From assembly GCA_039621445.1 (NCBI GenBank), contig CP154954.1, positions 41,409,572-41,473,571 of the forward strand: DNA of 64,000 bases. The letters run 5' to 3'. Both the position numbers and the translations under genes were made by a program. Shown one piece after another: positions 50,725 to 63,685 of this stretch. Numbering within the stretch: the first letter of the stretch is position 1; the number at the start of each line of letters is the position of its first letter. The notes under the pieces were generated by a model. That model saw only the letters and a program-made list of their open reading frames with translations. It ran no database searches and was not told where the DNA came from. This DNA comes from Euglena gracilis. Its lineage: Eukaryota.

Positions 50725-52681
50725 CAGGCACCTATAGTCAAGCCAAAAATTTCCTCATTTTAGGCCATTTTAGGCCATTTTAGGCCATTTAAGGCCATTT
50801 TAGGCCATTTTAGGCCATTTTAAGGTATAGGTGGGGGTTCTGAAATCATATTTTTTCGTTATTTTTGTCCCGAAAACTGTATCATAACGTGTGCAAACCT
50901 TCTCTTATTCAGTTATAACAAAAGTACATCCAAAAAGCATGCAAAATTCATGAACACTGGATCAAAACCATGGAAGCTCAACAAATCTTAATTCATTCCC
51001 ATAGAGGAATTCTGAACAGCAAGAATTTGCGGCAGTGAAATTTTTTCAGAAAATTTTTCTGAACAAATATTAAAAGTTTTATTTGCACTACCAGAAGGGC
51101 TCAGCTTTTTGTATTTTGGGGAAACATAATGCTGAATAAAAAACCCTCTGAACAAGTTATAAATGGGAGAGAATAATACACTAACCACACCCAAACACCA
51201 TAATATATATCGTTTGATATAGCCAATTCATAAAAAAAAAGCTTCTATAAATAATGAAAATATATTATTATCTTTCATAAAAATCATAATATCATAATAT
51301 CAAATCATAGTATCATTATAGTTAGCACCATTATAAAAAATTTGTTGTACATCATTCATTTCTTTATGATGATAAATATTTAATTGTAAGAATATATAAT
51401 AATAATTACTAAGATCCATAATACAAACAAAAAAATAAACTCCCAAAAACAATAAAAGGTGAAATATGTGAACCTAATCCTGTACCTATATACCAATAAA
51501 ATATTTCACATTCTATCATATTTTTTTATCATATTCAATTTTATCATATTCATATATTTTATCATACTCAATTTTATTAATAATATGCTTTAAAATGGTC
51601 ATAATAGTTATTATTAACAATTACATATTATATCAATACTATTTTACTTAATATATATTTATTAATTTCTATTTCTAAACGTCATTAGAAAATATATATT
51701 AATAAAATTGATAATAATCAGGGCGGTCCTTAAGCAAATAAAAAAAAAAACTCCGCTGTCCCAGCACACTCAGTGAAAAATATACAGGAAAATGGGCAAG
51801 AAATTTTTGGCATTTTTCAGGTCGACATCAGGAAAAAAATTGATTCCTGGCACCCTTGGACCATCGTCTATCCACCCAAATCATCAAAAACTGTGTTTTC
51901 CGACTGTTAAATTTTTGCCCCCGTTCAAATCCCAGTCTCTGGTCAGAGTCTGGCCCTTGGCCGGCCCTTTGGCCGAAAGGGGGGGCGGTCCTTAAGGAAA
52001 TAAAAAAAAAAACTATCCTGTCCCTTAAAGACCGCCCTGATAATAATAAAATACCCATATTCAATATCCATACTAAACATATAAAATTTGTATCATAATA
52101 AAATGTCCATTCATAAAAAAATATTAAATTTCCTTAGAAAATTTATTGTTAAATTTATAAATTTATAATAATACTTGTATTTTATATTTCAATTGAGATT
52201 TTCCAACATCTTTTACGTTTTTTTTCTGTCTTTTTCCCCGTGCTTCAAAACTTGCACTGTTTCATTATTTGTGAAACAGACATTGTTCCGCACCGAAGGA
52301 AAAAAAATGGGAGTAAGAAAAATAATTCTGTCCAAACCTTCAAAGTTCAGCTACCAAAAGGTTGTGGACTGTGGATTTGGGGACTGATGCTATTATTAAT
52401 AGGGATAAAAACATGGCCTTGTGGGGCTGTGCTCCTCCACCAAATCCACTGTTCGCCGTCCACATTAACAAAAGACACCGAAAGTCATTGCCTGAATGGA
52501 TTCAGTTGTTCACAAAAAAAAATTTGTGCAACAGAATTTTTCCCATTTTAGGCCATTTTAGGCCATTTTAGGCCATTTTAGGGACCCCCACCTATAGGGA
52601 GTCAAAAAGTCATTTTAGGCCATTTTAGGCCATTTTAGGCCATTTTAGGCCATTTTAGGCCATTTTAGCTATAGGTGCCTG
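50725..52681. mobile_element. Non-autonomous hAT-like transposon with AT-rich interior
   Basis: 13-bp TIRs CAGGCACCTATAG, perfect TSD GCCACGCA (50717-50724, 52682-52689), subterminal (TTTTAGGCCA)n arrays at both ends. Confidence 0.9.
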
Positions 52682-52893
52682 GCCACGCATTCACATTCCA
52701 CAAAAACACTCCACGTGCACGCTTGGCCATCGCCCTTTTTCCAGTTCCTTGTGATTAACTGGAACTGGAACTGGAATGTGGAAAAAAAACATGCCGACCA
52801 GGGGAACCGCACCCAACCGGCACCGGGTGCAGATTGGTTGGCTGTTTGCATTGGCGTCTCCATCGATCGGCCCTGCAGGGCCCAGCGGCACAC

Positions 52894-53031
52894 CGTGGCC
52901 CGCACGCGGCGGGCTCCGCAGCAAACCGCGGCTCAAACGACGTTGCGCCGTCAAAGATGGCGAAGCGCTTGGGCCCGGCGGCCGCCCCGGCGACCGGCCC
53001 CGCGGAGGACCCCGCGTCAGCCCCATGCCCC
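52894..53031 (-). CDS. FDGA-repeat protein exon (138 nt, phase 2-2)
   Basis: TTCTCAG acceptor, GTGTGC donor; encodes KRFAIFDGATSFEPRF. Confidence 0.8.
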
Positions 53032-54330
53032 CTGAGAAGTGGGCCGGGCCGTCAGATGCTCATTGATTTCCAAGCTGCATTTTGCAGGTCATTTTTGGGG
53101 CAATTGTCCAGCGTGTCCAGTGTGTCCAGCCTGGCCCAATAGGTGTTCATCCCCCCACCCCCCCCCGGGGGGGACTAGCTGGCCAGCACAAATAAATAGC
53201 CAGCCCAAAATTTTAGCCCTAGCTCAACAACTCCCCCGAGGCCTTAAAACGCCGCTGGGAGCGTTGGTTCCGCCACCCTCCCGACCACAGGGACAATCGA
53301 AGGGTTGATTTCAGAAACAGTACCCCCCTCCCCAAGCCCAATGAATACCAAGGCGACAGTCGACATGGTCCGGACAGGGGACGTTCAGGTTGTATGGGCA
53401 TTTGCATCGTTGTGAAAGGCAACAAATGACTTGACGGTCCGGACACCCACTGTTTGTTGGGCAAGGGGTCCATTTTGACATGGGGGGAGGTACCTTTCAG
53501 GCACAATTCAGAATCCCTCGGCGGGGTGGGGGTGCAATTCGCTCTCCCAGGACCCCCAAAAAGCTCAAATTCAAAAATTCGAATTCAAAAATAAAAACAC
53601 ATTTTGCCGGGATCAAGCCAGAGAGAGCAAAACCCGAGCCAGCTCCAATGTGTGCCCGGGGGGGGATTGGTTCACCCCAGGTCTTTGCTCTATTCGGAAG
53701 AGGGGAGTCGCTACGACCCAAGCCAACTTTAACCCAGCGGGGATCAACTTTAACTGGCAATCCAATAAAGTAGGGGGGGGACTCCCCTCCCTCCATGGGT
53801 TCCTTTTTTTGACGCTGGTTCACACGCGAATGGCAACAGATGTGCTCATGAGAATAAAAGTTTTTGGGGAACTCCAAGTGGGTGCCCATTGGGCTTTTTT
53901 TACGTTTAGGCTCAAATATTTGAAGGACGTCATCCCCTTGAAAACATGAAGAGAATTTGCAGATGATTTTTTTGGTGTTCAATGCATTATACACCTGCTT
54001 GCGTTCCCAGTCCAATTGGCAAGTGGAGTGCACATGATCCTGGGGGTGGGGGGCACCCCCAGGTCTGTGCGCGACCCCCCAGAGAGGACGGGGACAAAAA
54101 TGTCTATCGAATACCAATAGCATACAACAGAAGCAAACAACCTTTTTTTAATGTGATTTGAATGATTTTTATGTGATTTATGTGATTGGGCAAATCATCG
54201 AATGTGAGAGGGGAAAAAAGCGTTAAATCTCAACGGTGCCTCCAGGTTTTCAGGACATTTGTGAAAAATAATGGAGTGGGTCGGTGGGTGGGTGGATGGG
54301 TGGCAGAAAGCGGCCACAGGTGGCACACAC

Positions 54331-54474
54331 CCAAGCGGCGGGTGAGGAAGGTCTGCAGCGAAATGAGGTGCGTAGGAGGTTGCGCCGTCGAAGATCGCGA
54401 AGGCCGGAAGACGGCGGACGCCGCCGGTGATCAGGGGGCCGGCGGAGGGAGAGCGGGCTGAGGTGGGGCCGCTG
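54331..54474 (-). CDS. FDGA-repeat protein exon (144 nt, phase 2-2)
   Basis: CCGTCAG acceptor, GTGTGT donor; encodes PAFAIFDGATSYAPHF. Confidence 0.78.
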
Positions 54475-54804
54475 CTGACGGGGGAGGAGAGGGGCGACCG
54501 AGGCCAGGGCCCATGAGCCCATTTTATTTTTCACAACGTGCAGGGGCTGCCCGCAGCACAGGCTGGAGAAGCAGTGTGGAATGCGGCCCTGGTTGGGGCG
54601 GGTGGGATGGTGGGGCCACTGCCGGAGGGGAAGGGGGGCGGCCGGCGGGACCCTCGGCGGACCCCCTGAGTCGGAGCAGACGCATGTTGCCGGACCGTCT
54701 GGATTGTCGTCGACGGTACTGTCAGACAATGCGTGTGCCATGGATTGGAAAGAACCGGAAACAGGCAGGCACGCCGGGCAAGCCAGAGGCTGCACGGGGC
54801 GCAC

Positions 54805-54978
54805 CGCTGCGGGGGCGGCAGTGGCGGGCGGTCGCCGGCGAACCGCGGGGGGAACGACGTGGCCCCGTCGAAGATACAGAGCCGGCGCGGGCCCTCTGCC
54901 TCTGGGGGCGAGGGAGGGGCGGGGTGTGGGGGGAGGGGGGCGGTGGGCGACGGCTCTGCCCGGCCGGGGGGTGGACCC
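54805..54978 (-). CDS. FDGA-repeat protein exon (174 nt, phase 2-2)
   Basis: Near-identical to 50057-50230, with AG/GT ends. Confidence 0.8.
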
Positions 54979-57317
54979 CTGTGGAGGATGGGATGGGCGG
55001 GGGGGGGGGGTGATGGGAGGCAGAAAGGGAGATCAGAGAAGGGGTTACTGTCACTGTCACTGTCGCAGAAACAACACGCAACGCAACAAGGCACGGCTGA
55101 ACTTCCAAAAACTCACAGGAAGAGGGATTGTCATCTTGAACTCTGCTCAAGGCGGGGGGGGGGGCAGGCCGGCCTCGAAAACAATCGCTAAAATGTGCAA
55201 AAATGTGCAAAAATGCGCATTTTGGTGAAAAAATGCACAAAGTTGTGCAAAATTGTGCAAAATGTGTGGGTGAGAGAAATGAAAATCATAAAAATACAAA
55301 ACCAAAAACATGCAAAAATGGCTCCAAACTCAACAGAAATTAAATGGAATTGTGCACTTACTATACTTTATACTGGAACAATTTTGGAACTCTCTCCAAA
55401 GAAAAAACACAGGGTTTACTCCCAAACTGGTGAAGGGGAGACCAAAGCATTTCTTTTGTTTTATTTGAGCATATTTTGCGATCAGCAGTTTTCAAAAATT
55501 AGAAAAACCATCTTTTCTGCTTTTTTTGGGTTAAAAATGCATGAAATAAGACTTGCACCTTTTGTTTGTTTATATTTATATGTTTGCATGTTTTTGAGGG
55601 TCTACATTACGCCCCCCCCCCCCCCCCGAAACGACTCCTAATTTGAGGTTTGACCTCCAAATTTGGATTCTGAAATTCGCCCACGACTTATTTACACTTC
55701 AATCTTTTTGCCATCCCCATTGCCCGACCCTGGGAGAGTGGGATGGCATGGCAGTTCCTTTCTGTCTAGTCTAGTCTGTCAACCAACAGCAAGAGGGGCA
55801 TCTCACTCCTCTACAAAAGTAGGCAATTCCATAGCAGGGGGAAATCTCATCCAGTGTTGAATTTTGAAATCCAAGTTGTTCCATAATTATGTGAGTTATT
55901 GCTCCAAGGGGTATGGGATTTCATGGAACTCTGCCAAAAATTCTCATCAGAGCAAATCCTTGTCACAGGCCCCACGGGAAATTTTTGTTCTCGAGAATAT
56001 GCCAGGGTCCCTGGTAAGCCAACCTGTTGTTAAACGAAATTTTCAGGGTCCCAGGCGTCGACCGGTCAGCTGACAGTCTTCCTGGGGTTGGGGGAGGAGA
56101 AACTTCCGGAAATGGCATGCATCTGTCCTTGAAGGGGGGGGGACGGCTTTTTTGCGTTCTTTTTTGCATTTTTTTTTATTTTGGCAAGATTTATGCTTTT
56201 GTGTGTGTCCTTCTGTTTTTTTTTTGCACCCATTTTACCCTTACGCCAAAATTTTTGTCATTTTTGTCATTTTTCCATTTTTGGTCAACAAATTGCAACA
56301 TTTTATGCAAAGCGAAAATTTTCCTCACTGTATGTGAAGAATTTTTAAATATTTCGCACTTTTTCCACATTTAACACACTGGGAAGACCCAAAATTCCTG
56401 AGATACAACAAAACCTTTTTTCACAGCACCGTTTCATGATTTTGACATTACACTTTTTCATGATACTTGCTATTCTGACTCTTCCGTGAAATTTTGGGGG
56501 AAACTCAAAAAGTCAAAAAATAAGCACACAAAAAAAACCAATTGGTTGGATTTTTCAAAAAAAATCAACAAAACAACAAACTTGAAGAATGCAAAATGAA
56601 ACAGATATTCTATGAACTTGAAACAACAAACATAAAAAAATAATCACAAAATACAAAAACATGCTTGCGGGTTAAAAAACTAAGTTGCGTTAAAAACCCG
56701 CCAGAAGGAAAAAAAATAAAAAGAAAAGAAAGCAGAAAGAAAAGAAAGACTGCAATTCTCTTGGAAGAACTACTTCTGAATTGAAAACACACATTTGTCC
56801 TCCTCTCTCCCTTGTTCTCGCTTTTGAGGGAAAAAAACCCTCAATTTTGGATGCATTTGAATTGGGGCATTCTAATTCTTTAATGCATGGGTAAACTGTG
56901 GGCCCTGGTCGGCCCTGGTTGGCAAATGGTCGGCCGCAGGTGGGGGTCAGCATATGTCACGACCGTACAATACACTTTGAAACACATTTGCCCACTTTTC
57001 TTACTTTTACCCATTTACCCAATTTCGACCTCTTTTGCCCGTTTTTTTTGGGGGGGGGGCAGCTTTTTGGCCAATTTTAGCCATTTAAGCCAATTTTGGG
57101 TGCTCTATTTTTTCTTGGGCCACTTTGTGCACCATTGGCAACGTTTAGGCAACTTTTGGTCCTTTTGGCCAATTTGGCATTTTTGATGGCTTCTGTGCTT
57201 TTTTGCCCACTTTTGGCCACTTTTGGCCACTTTTACCGACTTTTGGCCTTATGGCCACTTCGGCCACTTTCAGGCTGCTTTTCCTGCTTTTACCACTTTT
57301 GGACACTTCGTTGCCAC

Positions 57318-57668
57318 CAGGCATTATTTTTTTAAGGAGCCTGAAAAAACCTGAAAACCCCTTTAAAAAAAGTGGTTCTGGAATTTTTCGAATTTTGAGC
57401 GAAACAGAAGTCTCAAAATATTGGCAAAAACAGGCCAACTCCAGGGGAAAAAATGATGATTTCTTGCATCACTGAACATTGTCCATCCACCCAAAACTCA
57501 AAAAAAAATGTGTTTGATTTTCAACCTGGACCGACGTTGGTTCGATGCCCGGATGGCTTTTTGACCGTCCATGAAATATAGGCGCCTTAAAGATTCTTAA
57601 TACCCTAAAAAACCCTTAAAAAACCTTCAAAAATCTTGAAAAATTTGCCTTAAAAATAACAATGCCTG
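57318..57668. mobile_element. hAT-like MITE
   Basis: Termini CAGGCATT...AATGCCTG and a perfect TSD GTTGCCAC (57310-57317, 57669-57676). Confidence 0.82.
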
Positions 57669-59088
57669 GTTGCCACTTTTTTGCTGCTTTTTTTGACTGC
57701 TTTTGGCCACCTTTTGCTGCTTTGGCCACTTTTGTCTCTTTTGCCTCTTTTGCACACCTTTTACCATTTTTTTTTTACCCACCTTTGCCACCTTTAGGCC
57801 ACTTTGGGCTTCTTTTTGTTGTGTTTGAAGTCAAAAAAGCAGCAACAAGTGGCCACAAATCAACAAAAGTGCCAAAAGCAATCGAAAGCAGTGACTGAAT
57901 AATGACCAAACATCAGGAAATGGGTCAAAACAACAGCAAAAAACGAACAAGATTTGGCAAGGGTGGCCAAGAGCGGTCAAAAGACAGCAAAAAGTGGCCA
58001 GAAGTCGGCACAAAAAAAAACAGTCAAAAGCAACAAAAAATGATAAAATGGCCTAAAAGCGGCCAAGATGGTAAAAATGGCCAAAAGTGAGCAAAGGAGC
58101 ACAGGGCTGTACGGGAAGGCCTGGTGGGGGGGGGTCGACCCCCCCACCACAGCATTTTCACAAAAATTTTGGGTCGAAAATTGGTGCTCCGGGAAATACG
58201 GGAGGAGCTGGTGGGGGGTGGGGGTGGTCGACTCCCCCCACCCACCACACAGGGGTTGGGGTGGGGTGGTCGACCCCTCCCAACCACCACCCTGGCTGTT
58301 TGGCCGATTCCCGCACTGCCCTGGCCCAAAGCTGGCCAAAAGCAGTCAACAGCAGCAAAGGGTGGCCAGACGAAGCCAGAAATGGAACATGACAGGCCAA
58401 GCAGGTACAACTGGGTAAGACTTCCGTGTTTCCCAAATACTGCCGCTGCGGCTGACAAACTGTGAAGTCGGCCCTGGTCGCCCCTGGTCGGAACCCCACT
58501 GATGGTGGCCTTGAAAATGACCCAGCCTGGGTCGCACCTGGTCAGCCCTGGTCAGCCCTGGTCGGCTGTAGGTGCCTGGTGGTCAACAAAAACTGATAAA
58601 AGGATGGAAATAAACAAAGTTGAAAGACAGAAGAATTTTTGTTACAAATTATACTTCATGTTAGCAAAACTCTTCCTCCTCGTTTAGACTTTGTGGGGGA
58701 AAAAACCCTCTGGGATCTTGTGCACCAACCCATAGAGGACACAAAGAAAATTGTGAGGCACAAATAAACTGACAAATATGCAAATAATGATAAAACCCAA
58801 AAAAATACTCAAAAAAGCGAAAAGGCATGAAAGACAGCGAGCAAATAGGCGAATGTCTCTGAGGCGCAGCATCGAAAGAAAAACTTCCGTGGTTTCGGCC
58901 AAAAGAGGGCCGGGGGTGGGTCTGGAGTCCCCATACGACTTCCCCCCCCGAGGGTGCTCTGGACCCCACAGGCGACCTACCTCAAAACCGAAGGCTTCCC
59001 ATTCATCCCTGTCCACCCCACAAGGGAACAAGGAGAACCGCAGCAAAGAGAGATGGGCCAGCCGGCCAGCGGCACTATTGGGGCGTAC

Positions 59089-59262
59089 CGCTGCGGGGGC
59101 GGCGGCGGCGGGCGGTCGCTGGCAAACCGCGGGGGGAACGACGTGGCCCCGTCGAAGATGCAGAGCCGGCGTGGGCCGTCCGCCTCCGGGGGCGAGGGAG
59201 GGGCGGGGGGTGGGGGGAGGGGGGCGGCGGGCGACGGCTCCGCCCGGCCGGGGGGCGGACCC
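59089..59262 (-). CDS. FDGA-repeat protein exon (174 nt, phase 2-2)
   Basis: Third copy of the 174-nt exon; CCACAG acceptor, GTACGC donor. Confidence 0.8.
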
Positions 59263-59456
59263 CTGTGGAGGAAGGGGCGGGCGCGGGTGGGGGGCGGGGG
59301 GGGGGTGCCTGTGGTTGGCTGTCCTGGGCCATAGCAGAGCACGTTATCTGCCCAATGTATCCGCCAGCAAGGCTTGAGACCCGCCACCAGGCGTGGGGGT
59401 GGCGGGCCGCTGGGTGCACTGCTGACCCACGCGATGTGTTGCTGACCCCGGCGCAC

Positions 59457-59594
59457 CGGCGGGCAGAGGGGGGGCGGAGCTGGCGGAGGGCGACGTCATC
59501 GACGAAGCGGCTGGGGAACGTGCACGCCCCGTCGTACACCACGAAGCGACGGCGGCCGGGCGACGGGGTTGGTCGCCCAGGCGCCGGTGGTCGG
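59457..59594 (-). CDS. FDGA-repeat protein exon (acceptor uncertain)
   Basis: Encodes RRFVVYDGACTFPSRF; phase-2 GTGCGC donor. Confidence 0.68.
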
Positions 59595-59612
59595 CTCAAC
59601 GCCCCCCCCGTC

Positions 59613-59647
<35 letters not shown>

Positions 59648-59687
59648 GCATACTACTGTACTACTGTACTAAAGTTCACCCCACGAT

Positions 59688-60052
59688 GGCCACCCAAAAT
59701 TTTTCTTGTCTCCGTCCGCGGCGATCGCAGGTTTTTTTGGGGTTCTTCGGCAGGACACGCGCGACGCGCGAAGGCCCAAAGGCGGCAGAGACAACTGCCT
59801 GGCTTTTGACCGCCGGGCGATTTCCCAGAACCGGCCCCTTTGTGGTCCACCCCGGGGACCCGGAGGGCCAAATCCCCCTGTGGGAACCGACCGTTCAGCG
59901 GGCGTTATCTTTCTTCCTCCCTGCCTGTCCGCCGCCATTGGGAATCGCGCGGCTTTGGTTCGGCAGGATGCGCGTTGTGCGCATCCTGCCCAAGAACCCC
60001 GAAAAAACCTGCGATCGCCGCAGACGGGGACAAGAAAATTTTTTGGGTGGCC
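59688..60052. mobile_element. MITE-like element with ~75-bp imperfect TIRs
   Basis: GGCCACCCAAAATTTTTCTTGTC...GCGATCGCAGG is inverted at 59980-60052. Confidence 0.75.
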
Positions 60053-61014
60053 CCGGGGGGGGGGGGATTATATTTCTCACCTGCCGTATATGTATACCTA
60101 CCCCCCCGGGAAACTGTCATGCCCGAGAACCTGTCAGGGTCCCGCCCGGGAAACCGTCAGGGTCCTCAGTACCGGCCAACACACATACACATACACATAC
60201 ACACGGCAGCTCCCAGCTATATGCCCCCCCAGGGGGGCCATATAGTAGGATCAGGGGTGGGGTTGCATGGTGTGACCCAGGTCTGACGTTCCGACTTTTC
60301 GGTCCCGCGGCGCTGGGGAACCGTGCGGTTTCCGGGCAATGGCCAGCGGATCCGGGAAGGGTTCCACTTAATTTTCGAAATAGGGTTAGGGTTAGGATTG
60401 GTGGGCCTTTTTAGTAGGAAAGTTAGGCCGGAAGTTAGGTCCCCGTTTCGGGAAGGTTTTGGAAAACGCACTCTGTCCCAAAATAGCCCGAATTCGGCCT
60501 AAATTTTGAAATTCTGGAAATCGTCCGGAATGCCGAACTTAGGCGGCTCATCTTAAGCTGTTTTCTTTGTCGATGTGACCAATTGCGCAATCAACACTTT
60601 TTTTATATACAGAATTCTTGAACCGCCAAATGCACCTGGGAAAATAGCAAGATATAAAATTCACACCTCACAGCACAGGTTAGGAAACACAAAATCTCAA
60701 ACTACCATCCTAACGAGCTTTCTGATACACCTGGAGTGACAGATTGGTGTTGTCGTCTGTGAAACAGGTGGTTTGTACACCCTTGCTGTTGCGCCCCTCC
60801 GGCTCCGGGAGCAGGAGGGGTAATGCGTTGGACACACAGGCCAGCCTTGCGTAGTGTGATGGGTGTGTTGGGGTGTGGTAGGGGGGCGTGTTGTGCATGG
60901 TGTGGCGTGGCGTGGAGTGGTGTGGAGTGGAGTGGAGAGGTGTGGTGTGGTGCGGCGAGGTGATATGGTCGTTCGCTTAAGGGCCCCAATTCCCCCTCCC
61001 CCTCCCTTTCAACC

Positions 61015-61150
61015 ACGGTGGCGGCCCGGGGGCGGGGATGGGCTGTGGGGCAGACTGCCGTCGGGGACGAAGCGCGGGGCAAAGGTGCAGGCGCCGTCGA
61101 ACACCGCAAAGCGGGGGACGGCGGGGGTGGCCGCTGGCAACCCCGACGGG
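61015..61150 (-). CDS. FDGA-repeat protein exon (donor uncertain)
   Basis: GGCCAG acceptor in phase 2; encodes PRFAVFDGACTFAPRF. Confidence 0.68.
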
Positions 61151-61459
61151 CTGGCCAGGGAGAGTTTGGGGGTGCAACCCCAACAGCAGGGTACTAAGTG
61201 AAGGGCGGACGGGGTTCGACCCCCGGGGGGAGGGGGGGGGGCGCTGGAGATATTATTTTGTGTCAGAAAAACAAATGCCTCAAAAATCTTGCTTTTCGAC
61301 ACCTTTCGGAAAAAATTAATAAAACCACCTCAGACTGAAAACAGATGCTCATATGGGTGCACCCATCCTAGCTTCTCCTCTGCCAAGGATGCTGGCTTCT
61401 CCACACCCCCACCCCCCCACGTCGGCCACAGCTGGGCCGGCCCTTCAGGGGCCACTTGC

Positions 61460-61654
61460 CCGCTGTCTGCTGGGCTGGAACGGCGGCGGTGGGCGGCGAA
61501 GCGCTGGGGGAAGCTGCACGCCCCGTCGAAGACCACGAACGTCTTCAGCTGCCGCGGGTCGGGCGGGGGCTGGGATGGGCGCCCCCCCCCCCCCCCGGGC
61601 ATTCGCTTTCGCCGGGCCGCGCTGGGGGTTGGGGGAGGGCCCAATGGTCCGCGG
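61460..61654 (-). CDS. FDGA-repeat protein exon (195 nt, phase 2-2, GC donor)
   Basis: ATCCAG acceptor, GCAAGT donor; encodes KTFVVFDGACSFPQRF. Confidence 0.7.
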
Positions 61655-62460
61655 CTGGATGGACAGCCCGCCACCTCTCCATCAAGGCGGAATACAGAAC
61701 AGTGGTGTATGTGTTGGCACTAGTGGCGCGTGACCCTGACATCCCCGAGAAGTTTGGCCACCGACCCCGACAGCTTGCTGGGGCAAAGGCCACAACCCCG
61801 GAATGTGTGTGACTCCGTTCGGGGGCCGAATTGCGGATGACTGCGTACCCAATGAACCACTTGGTTTACCTTTTCGGAGGCTGGTTGCTCATCGGCTGTG
61901 AACTTGTGGACACCATTCTGCAGAAATGGCATCCCCTCCATCACTTTGCTTTGAATGGGCCGTTGGTGCGCCATGAGTATGCTTGCTGCCTGGGACTAAC
62001 TTCGAGGACAGGGCTCCCCATCCCATCCCCATCAATGCCAGGGGGCGACGTGGGCCAGGCAGCAGCCGCACACCCAACACGATGCCTGCGAAGAAGAAGG
62101 CACCGCTGGCCAATACAGTGGCGTTCCCAAGACACAGCGGTGGGACTGGCTCCCTAGAAAGCCATTCAATGCAGCCCATTTTCAGGGGAAAGTTTTTTTC
62201 ACAAAGTGCAGAGATCCATTTTTCTCAGCAGCTTCAGCAAACCAGTCCCTTGAAGGTGCAATACAATTACACGACCAATCATGGTTCACCTACCTCCCCT
62301 GGGTACGAACAGCAAATGCAAGTGAATGCAGGTTTGAGAGTGCCATAATATTACCAAGGTTGGTGTGCATTTGTCTTTTGTGTGTGTTTGCGCCTTTGCC
62401 GTGAATGTGCATGTGAATGCCGGGGGGGTGTGGGTGGGTGGGTCTTGTGGATGGCTCATT

Positions 62461-63526
62461 GCGGGAAATTGGCCATGGGACTTTTGGTGGTCGCTCGGGA
62501 CCGGTAGCTAGCGACCGGTCGCTAGCGACCGTTGGTCATGGTCGACCGACCATTGGTGGTCGCTAGCGACCGGTCGCTAGCGACCGGTCGCTACCACCAA
62601 TATTTCGACCACCCCCCCCCCTTCAGAAAATTTTTCACCCCCCCCCCCCCAATAGGATTTTATTGCAAAACCCCCAAGTTGTACTGCAAAACGATGCTAC
62701 CAGGGCCAGGCGCGGATGTAATGCCACGCGCAGTCCTAAGGCGCCTTTGGTCGTCTGACGGGGGGGGTGGTGGGGGGGTGCGGGGGGGGGCCTGCCGCCC
62801 CCCCAAGCACCCCCCGGCCCCCCCCCCCCGCCCTCCAATAACAAAATCCCTTCCGGGGGGTAACCGACCCAGGGCCATGCGCGCATGTAGTGCCACGCGC
62901 ACGGTAAACAAAACAGTCCTAAGGCGCCTTCGGCGCCCTTGGTCGTCTAGCGGGGGGGGGGGCTGCCGCCCCCCCCCCCCCGCACCCCCCCCCCCGCCCT
63001 CCAATAACAAAATCCCTTCCGGGGGGTAACCGACCCAGGGCCATGCGCGCATGTAGTGCCACGCGCACGGTAAACAAAACAGTCCTAAGGCGCCTTCGGC
63101 GCCCTTGGTCGTCTAGCGGGGGGGGGGGGCTGCCGCCCCCCCCCCCCCCCCCCCCCCCCCCGCCCTCCAATAACAAAATCCCTTCCGGGGGTAACCGACC
63201 CAGGGCCATGCGCGCATGTAATGCCACGCGCACCGTAAACAAAACAGTCCTAAGGCGCCTTCGTGCAAGATCCTAAAAGCAGAAAAAGGAATTTTTGATA
63301 TAAAATTTCATGTTTTTCTCTGAGGGAAATTTTTCCTTCACAGGGGGGGGGGGCTTAAAAATCTTCTGAGGGGGGGGGGGTCGAATTATTGGTGGTCGCT
63401 ACCGACCCGCCGCTCCCACCACCACCGGTCGCTAGCGACCGGTCGCCAGAATTCGGTCGCTAGCGACCATGGTCGCTAGCGACCGGTCGCTAGCGACCAC
63501 CAAAAGTCACATGGCCAATCTCCCGC
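62461..63526. mobile_element. Non-autonomous TIR element rich in the GGTCGCTAGCGACC palindrome, with internal ~180-bp tandem repeats
   Basis: GCGGGAAATTGGCCATGGGACTTTTGGTGGTCGCT is inverted at 63490-63526; ~3 internal units containing CCAATAACAAAATCCCTTCC. Confidence 0.8.
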
Positions 63527-63590
63527 TCGGAGCCGATGCCTTTGATAGCATGAAATGTTGGCAGGCTCGCACTCCAGGCAAGGCGCATAC

Positions 63591-63685
63591 AATTCATCCT
63601 CGTCTGCGGGGGACACCAGCAACGTGGGCAGCGCCACCGGCTGGGGCGAGGGGTCCCCGGAGACCCGCCCGGGCAGGCAGCCCAT
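63591..63685 (-). CDS. Probable first exon of the FDGA-repeat gene, N-terminus MGC (possible acylation)
   Basis: MGCLPGRVSGDPSPQPVALPTLLVSPADEDE; 95 nt ending in phase 2 at a GTATGC donor, matching the downstream exon phases. Confidence 0.6.

Noticed and set aside
50020-59300. SINE-like dispersed repeat explanation for the three GC-rich copies
   Set aside because: Shared splice sites, identical phase and peptide-level conservation with five diverged segments favour exons.
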